64,000 nt of DNA from Chrysomallon squamiferum (lineage: Eukaryota; Animalia; Mollusca): assembly GCA_012295275.1 (NCBI GenBank), contig CM022674.1, positions 11,036,001 through 11,100,000 of the forward strand, read 5' to 3'. The notes below the pieces were generated by a model. It was not told the DNA's origin. It did no database searches and saw only the letters and a program-made list of their open reading frames with translations. The translations under genes and the position numbers were made by a program. Position 1 is the stretch's first letter. Each line of letters begins with the position of its first letter. Shown here piece by piece: positions 27,601 to 39,436 of this stretch.

Positions 27601-30204
27601 TTGTAGACGCTGGTACTGTGTTCATTATATTTAGCAGTGTTGTTGTTAATCTTTTCACTCACATCTACGTATTCTGAGTTTCTTCGAGGAACTGATGATT
27701 CTGGAAATGTCAGCATGCTTTCTGCATTATCCTTTTCTGTAGTCTTCTCTGTTCCTTCTGGTGGGTTCAGTGGACGAGGCCATTTAGGTGTCTGTGTGGA
27801 AGTTGTGATAAAATGCTGACGACTTGATTTAAGATCATTCTGTTAAGATATAAAACAAAATGTCATGATAAAAACATTTTTCTTCTTCTGTTAGATCAGT
27901 GGTTCTCAAACTTTTTTTGCCAACGGCACACCTTGGAACACACGAAGAAATAGCGGCACACCTGGCTAAATATATATACAAAAAATATTTGAATTTTGTA
28001 AAGTAAAAACATGGCAAGTCGTAGACGGCATACAATCGTAAAGACAGACTAGTCATAGACACATAAAATGATTCAAACTAAATAAAGAAAAACATAGCTA
28101 TACTTCACTGCAGTGTTTCGAATTTCATCAGTCAAATAGCTGGCTTCTTTAGTGAGAAATTTGTGCCTGACTTTTATTCATAATTTCCTCAATGTTTGGT
28201 CGAATATGAAACAGACTCACCCTCATTTCTTCTTTTGTTGTATGTAATCTCTCGTGCCTCATGTTTTTGATGTTGTTTAATGTTGAGAAGCCTAATTCAC
28301 ATATATAAGAAGTTGAAAATTGGAACTGAAATGAAAAATGAATCAATGGGCAAAGTCGAATGTTTTAATTTTAACAATTTTCTTTTTGAGGGCAGGTAGC
28401 TTGTCTGTTGAAGTGAGAATATTTTCGTTTTTACCTTGCATACTACTGTTTGTTTTATTTTTTACCTTGCATACTACTGTTTGTTTTATTTTTGGACCAC
28501 ATGGTTTTTCGCATTTTCTTAGTGTGCCGTTCAAAATTTGGCGGCACACTTAGGAAGATCTCGTGGCACATCTGTGCGCCGCGGCACACTGGTTGAGAAT
28601 CACTGTGTTAAATGATGCACTGGATGATATTATTTCATTAACTGAACAAAACAACAACACTGATGATGATACAATGCAAACAACAAGCACTATTACTACT
28701 TATACTGCTACAACAACTGCAGTTGACACACAAGTATTAGTTATCATTCTCATACCATTACACATTGTCACTGCTGTTATCTCTATACTAATACTGCTGT
28801 CTCTATTTTACTTACAGAACAACTACCACTATCACTACTATTACTAGTACTGCTGCTACTGTTAGTACTAGTATTACTAATATTTGACTACCACTACAAT
28901 ATTACTACTATTACTTCAACTACTATACTACCATTAAACTACTATACTGCTACTACTGCTACTATTGTACAACAACAACAACAACAACAATAATATTAAT
29001 AATTATTATATTAATAATAATTATAATAATAATTAATATGACTTGTCACTATCAAAATAGTTTACAAAAAGTTGATCAACTGATAATGTATTAAACAGCT
29101 GGTGACATAAAAAAAAATTAGTCTCCTCTAATCATATTGAGTAAATAGATATTTTACATTCACTAGGTGATGGATTAAAAAGTAATTAGAAAAGTCAAAT
29201 AATGTTTGCTGGTGGACAGAAAAGGAAATAAATTACATGGCGGTAAAGAATGGAAATTTATTTTATAAGTTCAGTTAAATGTGTTACTCACAACAAGCTG
29301 ACGAATAAGCTCATAGCTGCTGTGTTGCTGCTGCACAAGTTCTTTCACGATGTTCACCATGTCGTTGTTGCTGTCTAGAACCATTTTCAGTAAATATTCT
29401 GGACTGACCTACAAATAGGGAGACACGTGTGTAGGTTGCAGGAACTTAGAATGGATGATAAACACAAAGAGAGACAGGTATAAAGATAAAGATATTTAGT
29501 AAGAAGATACAGATGCAGATACTTAGGTATGAAGACAAAAATGGAGATATTTAGATCCGATGATAAAAATTCAGATATTTGGGTAAGAAAATAAAGATGT
29601 AGATGTTTAGATAAGAAGATAAAGATGTAGATATTTAGATAAGAAAATAAAGATGTAGATGTTTAGATAAGAAAATAAAGATGTAGATATTTAGATAAGA
29701 AAATAGAGATGTAGATATTTAGATAAGAAAATAGAGATGTAGATATTTAGATAAGAATATAAAGATGTTAATATTTAGATAAGAAAATAAAGATGTAGAT
29801 ATTTAGATAAGAAAATAAAGATTGATATTTAGATAAGAAAATAGAGATGTAGATATTTAGATAAGAATATAAAGATGTTGATATTTAGATAAGAAAATAA
29901 AGATGTAGATATTTAGATAAGAAAATAAAGATGTAAATATTTAGATAAGAAAATAAAGGTATGCTGGTATGTATGAGGTCACAGAGATGGACAGACAAAA
30001 ACATAAACACTGTCAGACATATGGACAGAATGACAGAACTGACGTTCATACATACAGATTATAGACAGACTCAAAGAAGAACTAGTTATGACAGACACAC
30101 AATCAGACAGACAACCTGAATTAAGAAGACAGACTCACTGACATATCAGGGAGACTGGTAAACTCTGATGATTTTGCGTCAGCTTCTGCTGTATCATGTG
30201 ACAT
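24604..30204 (-). CDS. RanBP2/Nup358-like truncated protein of about 1140 aa: short coiled coil, degenerate FxFG-like repeats, acidic repeats and a C-terminal IR-like (SUMO E3) motif; one 1-bp frameshift near 25498
   Basis: Exons 30204-30139 (MSHDTAEADAKSSEFTSLPDMS|gtgagt), 29408-29292 (VSPEYLLKMVLDSNNDMVNIVKELVQQQHSSYELIRQLV|gtgagt) and 27839-24604, all phase 0. The 745-aa and 219-aa ORFs join if one C is restored near 25498 (one 71-nt unit among 72-nt units). C-terminus EVEFLYEEKATREQVEKARKFLLPDSFYLYEKKPHCKGCIGC resembles the RanBP2 internal repeat, recognised from memory. Confidence 0.75.
24810..25180 (-). repeat. Coding 30-nt acidic repeat (HDDTSKNTGE)
   Basis: About 12 copies in the 219-aa ORF. 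Confidence 0.9.
25290..27480 (-). repeat. Coding tandem repeat, 33-36 nt units (S[KE]NTG[GE][LF]K[FL][DH]xx), with higher-order 72-nt and 105-nt periods
   Basis: About 60 units visible in the 745-aa ORF, in homogeneous blocks (GGFKLHGPSENT, GELKFDDSSKNT and a 35-aa trimer). Confidence 0.95.
27897..28605 (-). mobile_element. Non-autonomous hAT (Charlie/Buster-type) DNA transposon, 709 bp
   Basis: TIRs cagtggttctcaaac (27897) and ggttgagaatcactg (28591-28605). 8-bp TSD tgttagat/tgttaaat (7/8). Subterminal ggcacac motifs. Minus-strand transposase remnants QGKNENILTSTDK and FSTSYICELGFSTL...RPNIEEIMNKSQAQISH (C-terminal dimerisation region). Confidence 0.92.
29575..29958. repeat. 28-bp intronic minisatellite, about 13 copies
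   Basis: gatatttagataagaaaataaagatgta, with degenerate copies back to about 29480. Confidence 0.93.
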
Positions 30205-30729
30205 TTTGAAACACTATTATACAACCAGTCACATGCAATTCATCTAAAATAATAATAATAATAATAATAATAAAAACAAACAAAAAAGCCATATATATAT
30301 ATATATATATATACATATATAGATACAACAACAAAAAGATAATAAATAACGATAATAATAAATAATAATAATAATAATAATATCACAAATACTATAAAAA
30401 ATACAATTTCCATATTTATTCCTTGAATTTCTGACCTATCAGTGAATTGTAAAATGAATTTTTCAGTATACTTGAATACTTGCACTTTTTCAATAATTAT
30501 TTGTATTAGTATCAACAGATAAAGTGGAATAATAATTCTAATTCTAATAAAGAATCATTGATTTTAATACCAAAATACCTATCACTTTTATCAAATAAAT
30601 TTACTACTTTCACTATCTTTCTGTTTCCAACTAAAAGTTTGCCGTCTGATAACGTGAAATATCGACAATCATTCATCCGTTCGTTTTCTCACATAATTAT
30701 AGACTTTGTTAGTGTATTTACAGATACAA

Positions 30730-31400
30730 ATACTTACGTTATGATGGAATAGAACTGCAAAAGTTACCAAGGAAGTCATCCCGTTTTTCACAGATTTGTT
30801 TCTAGTTTCGATTTAGCTTGTTCTGTCTAGACTGATACTCTTCTGTATTAGAAAAGCGTAATAACTAAGAGCAACGACCGAGTAGGCTGCACGGGTTTCG
30901 TACCCAACATGCTGGCGCACAAAAGATACAAAAGTATCAAAAACTAGTTCGTTCCCAAAATCTTTTGAAATATAGGACGGAAAAAAAAAAAATTTTTCCT
31001 TAAATATTTAAAATTTTTACAATTATTACAGTGGAGAAGTTTAGTATAAACGTGACTTTGATGTACGTAACCCGTATCGTGTTTTCTCGTCCGATTTCCT
31101 CGATACGGAAGAAGCCGAATACGTTCGTTTTAACGTATAGCGAAGCACTTGTACGTGCGCGTTTTCGTATCGTTATAGCAATTGTTTTTTAAACCTTATA
31201 AACAGTGAGAGAGATGTTTTGGGGATTTTCTTTAATAACCTTTGCACAGATTAGTGTTGCTTAAGTTGCATTTTCGTGCATGGTTTTCACAAAATGATCG
31301 CCAAAGAAAGACCCCCTTCTCTCAAAAACAACAAGAAAACAACGTGGTTATACTTACCGTTGTACGCTGATTGACCGAAATCACGATGTCGGGTGCTAAA
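30730..31400 (-). promoter_or_regulatory. CpG-enriched probable promoter and non-coding first exon(s) of the RanBP2-like gene
   Basis: Local CpG excess against a CpG-poor background. Minus-strand gtaagt donors at about 30737 and 31357, and an acceptor at 30244 upstream of the ATG. Confidence 0.45.
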
Positions 31401-32165
31401 TTCAATCTAAGATGTTTAAAGTAGTAAATTAACGTTGTTGACCTTTATATTGCCTTGAGATGTTGTTTTGCTTCTTGCTGAGAAATAGACAAATCATTTA
31501 TTTGAAAATACTGGCCATTCCATAGTTCTGTGTGTACTATACTGTTGCAACAGTAGCAAATAACAAATAAATGGTGTGTGACAAAATTTTCGAATACACA
31601 ATTTTCCTATAAAATTATAAATCATCAGAAGCAGCAGTAAGAACAGATTAAAATGACTCCAAGATATCTTTGATAGCTTGGATATGAAAAAAATAACAAC
31701 AAACAAACAAAAAACAAAATATAATAATAATTAAAAATTATGAATGTCATCTGAATACAGTTTGCCTGTATTTTTCTTTCAAAATCCGTTGAGAACTAGT
31801 GTTTGATTTTGGTCATTTGGCAACATAAACACTGAATGCCTTATACATGTTGAAACGAAATATGCATATTTTGTATATCCAAATAAAGCTTTTTATGAGT
31901 TCTAGAAATATAGTTACTTCCCTTTCATGACGTATTTAGATACGAGCTTCGTGCTTTACGTGGAAGCTGAACTGAAGCTGAGTTACGTACATGACCCGTA
32001 CCGTAGTCCGTGCGTAGTGAGACACGTGAACAGATTATGTCCCTGATAAACCTCTCTATGAATGTGTTAAATATTAAAGAGAAATCAGCACAAATTAAGA
32101 GCATTGCTTTTCTTTTATTAGCATCAATGAATTGATTCATGGTTATTTTGTTATTGTTGTTGTTG

Positions 32166-32230
<65 letters not shown>

Positions 32231-32374
32231 GCAATACAGCAGCAGATATTGCTGCTAATACCTAAACATGTTAATGAAACAACAAAATTCATATAAGATG
32301 AATGTATTTTAATAATATTTGGCTGAACGGCAAACCGTGTAATATAAAGTGCACCCTGATTTTCTAAATGTTCA

Positions 32375-32677
32375 TAGGTTCAGGATTCTTTATTCGAAAT
32401 TCCGAATTACGAAATATTTTTCGAACAACTGATATATTATAGTTTTCAGATGATCTATTCAATACACATTTTAATTCGTGCATTAAATTATTAAAACTGT
32501 TATATAAACCTATTTGCAGACTATCTTCATGAACTGAATTTAAAATGTCAATGGATTTCATGTTCATACTTTGATCTCATTCTCGGCTCTCGCTGTTCAT
32601 TTTTAAACAAATCCGAAAATATCCGAAATCGGATCCACTTCCGGTCCCATGCTGTTCGGATAAGACAACCTCAAATG
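32375..32677. mobile_element. Degenerate Tigger/pogo-like MITE
   Basis: Left end taggttcaggattctttattcgaaattccgaattacgaaat. Right end read on minus is ttgaggttgtcttatccgaacagcatgggaccggaagtggatccgatttcggatattttcggat. The ends are imperfect inverted repeats resembling Tigger4/MER46-type termini (from memory). Confidence 0.65.
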
Positions 32678-33444
32678 ATATCAGTTACTAAGCATAGCAC
32701 AAAGAATTTCAGAACGTGAATTATAAAGTAAATTTCTATTACTATACTTTTCAATAAATAACTTTGCTAATCTGACAAAAGACACTATCATGAACACAGA
32801 ACATTGAAAATAAAAATGATAAACAGAGAATGAATAAATTGATGAATGAATGAATAGATGGAAAGATGGATGATGATAATGATGATGACAAAAAAAGAAC
32901 CCATCACAACCATCATCACCACAAACAACAAAACAACAATAATAAAATAAAAATAAAATAAAACAATTAAAATAAAATAACATAACATAAAATAAAATAA
33001 AATAAATGTAACAAAAAAAAGAAATAAACAAATATTTGTTATTAAAACCTGCAGTTAACCACATCGGAAATGGCGAGATCATATTCTCTTCTTTCCGTCG
33101 TAATCGTCACGGAGTTCGACGAAACATTCCGAATGCGCGTGTGACGTAATCAGTGAGTTACTTTAGTTTCCATAGTCAGTAACTTGGAGATGCACCCCCT
33201 TGTGCAAAACAAGTGTACAGCTATAATTTATTTTTATATATTGACAATAAAAAGAGGAATTTTCTTTAGAGAAACAGTTTAAACAACAGTAAATTATAAC
33301 AAAAAACAACAACAGAAACACACAAAACAATAAAAGAAAGGTAATAATTGAGTTAAAGGTAAGTTTTTACAATATTTTTTTTTCCTTCAAAACAAAATAA
33401 TATTTTTTTTATAAATAATATAAATATTAATATTTACATCAAGT

Positions 33445-33525
<81 letters not shown>

Positions 33526-33703
33526 GATACAAACGCACACAAATACACACGTATATGCAAATACATACGTGTACAATACATAAATAAAAGCACACGGTGT
33601 GTATAGTGTGTGTGAATCTATCTATCTATCTACATGAACACACACACACACATTTATATAGAATAAAACGAAACAAAAGTAATTTTAAAATAACTATAAT
33701 TTA

Positions 33704-34134
33704 TTATGCACGTGGTTTGGATGTTGGTGTCACTGTTTTAGATCGGAAAAAACGTCGCATCACGTAGACCTGAGCACACGATGAAATGATGATGATGATG
33801 CACTGAATGACTGAGTAGTAGCCGACGTAGCGGTTGTTGCCTTTGACCAAGTACCAGTCACGTAAGATGTTGGCGCCAGATCGTGACTGATGTTTTCTCA
33901 TTTCCATCACCGACTCTTCAACATGCGTCAACGACGACTGGGCGAGTGAGAGAAGGTTAAAAAAAAAACAGAAAGAAAAAATTAAACAAAGACAGAGGAA
34001 AAGATTACGAGAGAAAGAAAAGCAAAACGAAAAAAAATTGAAGGGATGAAGATTGAAAAGAAGGAAACAGATATAACTGATGAAAAAGGGATGAGAGAAA
34101 GATAGAAATTGTTAGAATAAAAGAATGAAAGAAA

Positions 34135-34194
<60 letters not shown>

Positions 34195-34555
34195 TAGAAA
34201 GTTAACCATAAACACAAATTTTAAAAATATGAAAAGGGTGATCACGTTTACATACATAATTAAACTTTTGAATAGCAAAACCCCATCTTGGTAGCTTTGT
34301 GTTTAAAACATAAAACACTTCAAAACTGACGGAATTTACAAATTTTGAAACTGTTTTAACTACAGACATTTTCCACGTCAGCTTCCCTTTAAATTTGACT
34401 GAGCATAGTTTATGACACTTCCAAACAAAATTTCAGACTCTCTGCCAGATTTAATAACTTTTTCAACCATTCATCTAAACATTAAAAAAAAATTAATGTA
34501 ATAACTTGAGTCAGAATTTTATCGGTCTACATCCAGTCTGTAAGTACTGTAATAC

Positions 34556-34587
<32 letters not shown>

Positions 34588-35584
34588 TGTACAAAATTAA
34601 ACTTCAGATTGACACAGGTAGGGATGGTCTCAACTAGAACGGGATACACACGTAAGTGGGAGGGTTTCCGTTATCTGAAAAATGAACGTATTCACAACCC
34701 ACCTTTAACAAAGCAGACATGTTGTGCAAGCCTTCTAGCTGTTGAATGTATTCGGACCACTTGTTCGGCGTTTGTGCGTACAGTGAAAAAACAACACGCT
34801 TGGACGAGAATCGAGAAAACGTGTTGTCTAAACAAACAGTGTAAATACCTGCAATCAGAAAAGTGTCTGTCAATTACTGTACAAAATCAAACTGGCCACG
34901 GAAAGGGTAGGGGGGGGTGTCATCTAGAAGCGGAACTGATTTGAGTAGCTGATATACTTTAAACAGACTGTGTCTTTCTGCTGATCCAGCCAATGAGTGG
35001 GCAAAAAATTCCTGCTAGCCTGTTTTATTGAGGATGTCTCTCTGTCAGTTTACATACACTTTTCCATTAGCAAACACAGATGACTGCTAATCAGTATAAT
35101 TATTTAACTGTTTTAATTGTTTGTTGTTAGTGCGAAACATTTGCTTAGAACTTCATAGACTTAACGTTAATCTGAACACTTAGTTTCTAGTAATACCTAC
35201 AAAACACAGCTCCAAACAGTTTGAGGAATTTTATTTATCTCGAGCCATTGAAGACAAATGATATATATTTATTTTATTTTTGTTTGTTTCAAAGGTGTAG
35301 GTATGGTCGTGGCCCTGGGTGTGTGGGTGTGACATTACTGGTCAATAACTTACCTTCCATTTCAGTTATATTCTTTATGGATCCTTCACACTCAAAATTA
35401 AAGAGCAACAATCGTGAAAATAGAATACATATCAGACCACTGTTCAGTACCCATGTATCACAGTTTTAATATGCATAAAGCCTAGAATATTTTATCTTGA
35501 TCTGAGGAACATTTTTAACTGACTATCGTATACATCAGTATGAAAGCTATTTCTTTTCAAAGTACCAATAATAATAACAACAAC

Positions 35585-35628
<44 letters not shown>

Positions 35629-36987
35629 CAACAACAATAATAATAGTAATAACTGCAACAACAATAATAAAACAACAACAACAACAACAATAATAATAAC
35701 AATAAAATAATAAATAATAATAAAGAAAAACTATAAAGAAAAAATAATAATTATATTAAAGAAATAATGCCTTGATTGTTGCTCTTTAATCAATATTTAC
35801 TTCAGTTTCAGTTACTTTACCTTGTTCCATGTAATATTCCGTACACTTGACTGGGTGAAACCGTGATTTTAATTAGTTCTCAGTATAACAAATACTGTGA
35901 AGCACCAGTCTAACATCCAGGTTTGTATTTAGCTCTCAGTATAATACATACTGTGAAGCACCAGTCTAACATCCAGGTTTGTATTTAGCTCTCAGTATAA
36001 TACATACTGTGAAGCACCAGTCTAACATCCAGGTTTGTATTTAGCTCTCAGTATAATACATACTGAGCAGCACCAGTGTAAAATCCCAAAGTATGAACGA
36101 ATACGCTACCTTCAGTTTCAATTTCTTTCTTCATCGCGCCATCACTCTTATAATAAAGTGTTTCTATTATTTGATTATTTGGATCCTTTACTATCATATC
36201 AATCTTCCGATCATCACCACGAAGTACCTGTAGAGTAAGTAAGTAAATAAATAATCGTAACATTTTTAACACACGTGACACGAAAGGACAGGATTTAGAT
36301 TTAAAATAAGGCGATTAGTATCAAATAAATAAATAAATATTTATAACGGCAATGACCTCAATAGAAAAAAAAAATTAAAAAATTAAAAAAAAGAAAGAAA
36401 TAATATTCAATTCAATGCAATGCAATACAATACAATACAATATAACATAATAATAAATAAATAAATAATAAAAATTAAAATAATAATTAAAATATACAAT
36501 AAAAATAAAATGAACATTTTGTAATATTAGAAATTTTTAGAATAATTTCTAGCATTGATAATCGCGTTATTTAGCTAATGTGATTCTACATGCATGTGTT
36601 TATTTATGCACGCCATGAATGTGTGTGTGTGTGTGTGTGTGTTAATCTCAGTATGTAGGTTAATAAATAACCAGAACTCACTCACGCAATGCATTATTTT
36701 AGATACAATCTGTTATTAATGTTATATTTATTCTGTACTGTAAGAGAAACACGTGTTACCTCAAACGAAAAATAAAAATTTGCTCCTTTCGAAATATGTT
36801 GGAAAAAACAGTCTTCCCGTAGAGCTCCGATTTCTACGGTCAGTTCATGATACGTCCCGAATAAATAATTATTCAGGAAGAAATCAGGGTCTGGTGTTTC
36901 ATCATTTTCTTCTGTCTGAGCCAGCAACGTCGACAAAGAGTTCAGAAAAAACACGACTGCAAAAACTAGTGAGTATTTCCAGAACAT
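33704..36987 (-). CDS. p24/emp24/TMED family cargo receptor (GOLD domain, probably gamma subfamily), 241 aa
   Basis: Exons 36987-36760, 36227-36110, 34848-34703, 33937-33704 with consistent phases. Signal peptide, GOLD motifs (ELTVEIGALREDCFFQ, FEVLRG, GIYTVCLDNTFSRFSSKRV), coiled coil, NNRYV followed by a TM helix, tail QVYVMRRFF...PTSKPRA. Confidence 0.93.
35870..36085. repeat. 56-bp tandem repeat (about 3.7 copies) near the 5' end of TMED intron 2
   Basis: tactgtgaagcaccagtctaacatccaggtttgtatttagctctcagtataataca at 35893, 35949, 36005, partial at 36061. Confidence 0.92.
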
Positions 36988-37274
36988 ACTGCAACTAGCG
37001 TGTTAGTGTTTAGATTTACAACACGTGTGAGGGGCATAATCGATCTCAGTGTGATATCCCGGCATGCCTGTCACGTATCCATAGTTACCATTTGAATTAG
37101 CAAAATGACTGTGTTATCTGTTTTTATCAAGTGCGGTTTTAGAGAAAGGCATGTCGCAATATGAAAATTATTATCTACTTCTGTTTTTTGTTCCCACGGT
37201 CAAAGTAGTCCGTCTGAAGCCAGACCACAGTTTATGAAGACTAGGCACGCATGTGCGGCGACCTCTGTCATCTG

Positions 37275-38127
37275 ATCTGTGCTGTCCAGAACTGTGTTAG
37301 TGTGTTAGTAAGCCAGATCTGTGCTGTCCAGAACTGTGTTAGTGTGTTAGTAAGGAAGATTAAAGCAGTAGTTACACAGTGTACAGAACTGTGTTAGTGT
37401 GTTAGTAAGGAAGATTAAAGCAGTAGTTACACAGTGTACAGAACTGTGTTAGTGTGTTAGTAAGGAAGATTAAAGCAGTAGTTACACAGTGTACAGAACT
37501 GTGTTAGTGTGTTAGTATGGAAGATTAAAGCAGTAGTTACACAGTGTACAGAACTGTGTTAGTGTGTTAGTATGGAAGATTAAAAAAACAGTAGTTACAG
37601 TGTACAGAACTGTGTTAGTGTGTTAGGAAGATTAAAGGAAGATTAAAGCTGTGTTAGTAAGGAAGATTAAAGCAGTAGTTACAGTGTACAGAACTGTGTT
37701 AGTGTGTTAGTATGGAAGATTAAAGCAGTAGTTACACAGTGTACAGTGTACAGAACTGTGTTAGTGTGTTAGTATGGAAGATTAAAGCAGTAGTTACACA
37801 GTGTACAGAACTGTGTTAGTGTTAGTAAGGAAGATTAAAGCAGTAGTTACACAGTGTACAGAACTGTGTTAGTGTGTTAGTAAGGAAGATTAAAGCAGTA
37901 GTTACACAGTGTACATAACTGTGTTAGTGTGTTAGTAAGGAAGATTAAAGCAGTAGTTACACAGTGTACAGAACTGTGTTAGTGTGTTAGTATGGAAGAT
38001 TAAAGCAGTAGTTACAGTGTACAGAACTGTGTTAGTGTGTTAGTATGGAAGATTAAAGCAGTAGTTACACAGTGTACAGAACTGTGTTAGTGTGTTAGTA
38101 AGGAAGATTAAAGCAGTAGTTACACAG
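37275..38127. repeat. 55-bp minisatellite (about 15 copies) upstream of the TMED start codon
   Basis: agaactgtgttagtgtgttagta(a/t)ggaagattaaagcagtagttacacagtgtac, preceded by a 42-bp duplication at 37275-37353. Confidence 0.95.
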
Positions 38128-38253
38128 CGTAGCTGTAACATAACGACTGGAATAAATAACTGTTGGAAACTGTTTCCTTGGCAACGTTCTGCAAGATAAA
38201 TTTACCGCTGCACCAACGCGTATGTTAAATTACTGATTTTGTTGTTATATTAT

Positions 38254-38291
<38 letters not shown>

Positions 38292-38318
38292 TATGATGTT
38301 GATGATGATGAAAATATA

Positions 38319-38373
<55 letters not shown>

Positions 38374-39383
38374 TAACAACAATAATAAAAGAATTAAATT
38401 AAATAATCAATAAATTAAAAGGAGTTTTATACAAAAATATTGTATAACGAATCCACATTTACTTATTTAGACACATTTAATTTATTCATTTATACATTTT
38501 TTTTTTTCCTGCACAAAATAATTTAAAACATTACAAATTACCTTCAGATTGCGTGCATGTGTGTGTGTGTAAGCTGTATTGGAAAGACAAATAGCTTTCG
38601 GGTTTAGACTTGGATCCCTTTCTCAAACTTATGATATTCTAAAGAAAAGAGAAAATTTCTGAAATACGAGATGAATCCCAAGTAATTCCTGCTGGGGATG
38701 ATCAACCAGTATCGAAATATGATTACTTCACTTTTTACATAAAAAAGCAAAAAACAAAATCTAACCCATTGTTATGACTATATTTTTAACCAAGGAATGG
38801 TCACGTGGTATGTATTGTTCCTGTATATTACCTTTAATGTCAAATATGGTCAACTTCATTGTGGATAATTCCGGGTTTATTTTCGTAGCATAGTAACATC
38901 ACTGACCTTTTTTTTAGCGAAGGAGCATCCAGTGAAAATCACGTCTTCGCGAGCTTATGGCTAAAACATACGTTCATTGATAAAATGACAGTGTTGTGAT
39001 TATATAAGTTTGCGAATAAATTAATATATATATATATTTTTTTAAATCCTGAAATTGTGGGAAGAATGTACGTAAATTTGTCACTTTCTTAGTATTATTT
39101 GTTTTGCTTTAATCACAGAAGCAGTAATATTTAAAAAAAAGGTAGTAAAAAAAATTAAAATGTTTTCGATCAGGCTTATAGAGACTAACAGTTTAAACAA
39201 CCGAACGCACATAGAAGTATGAACTGGTAAAATAAGTTAGCTGTGTTTATTCTCGTAGATTATTTTTCGTGCGTTCATCATGCACGTGAATCCGCCATTA
39301 TATCAGGTTGTAACAACACGTCATTAAAAGCAAATCTGTGACGTCAGATATATATTGTAAACATTCCTTTTTGAATGAGTATG

Positions 39384-39436
<53 letters not shown>

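Noticed and set aside
29480-29958. 28-bp array as an acceptor-derived repeat
   Set aside because: The main unit has no AG on the gene strand and the array stops about 70 nt short of the acceptor at 29409.
35870-36110. TMED intron-2 56-bp repeat as a junction-spanning array
   Set aside because: It begins about 25 nt inside the intron and does not contain the real donor. Its ca|gtatgt motif is in the wrong phase. Counted only as near-junction.
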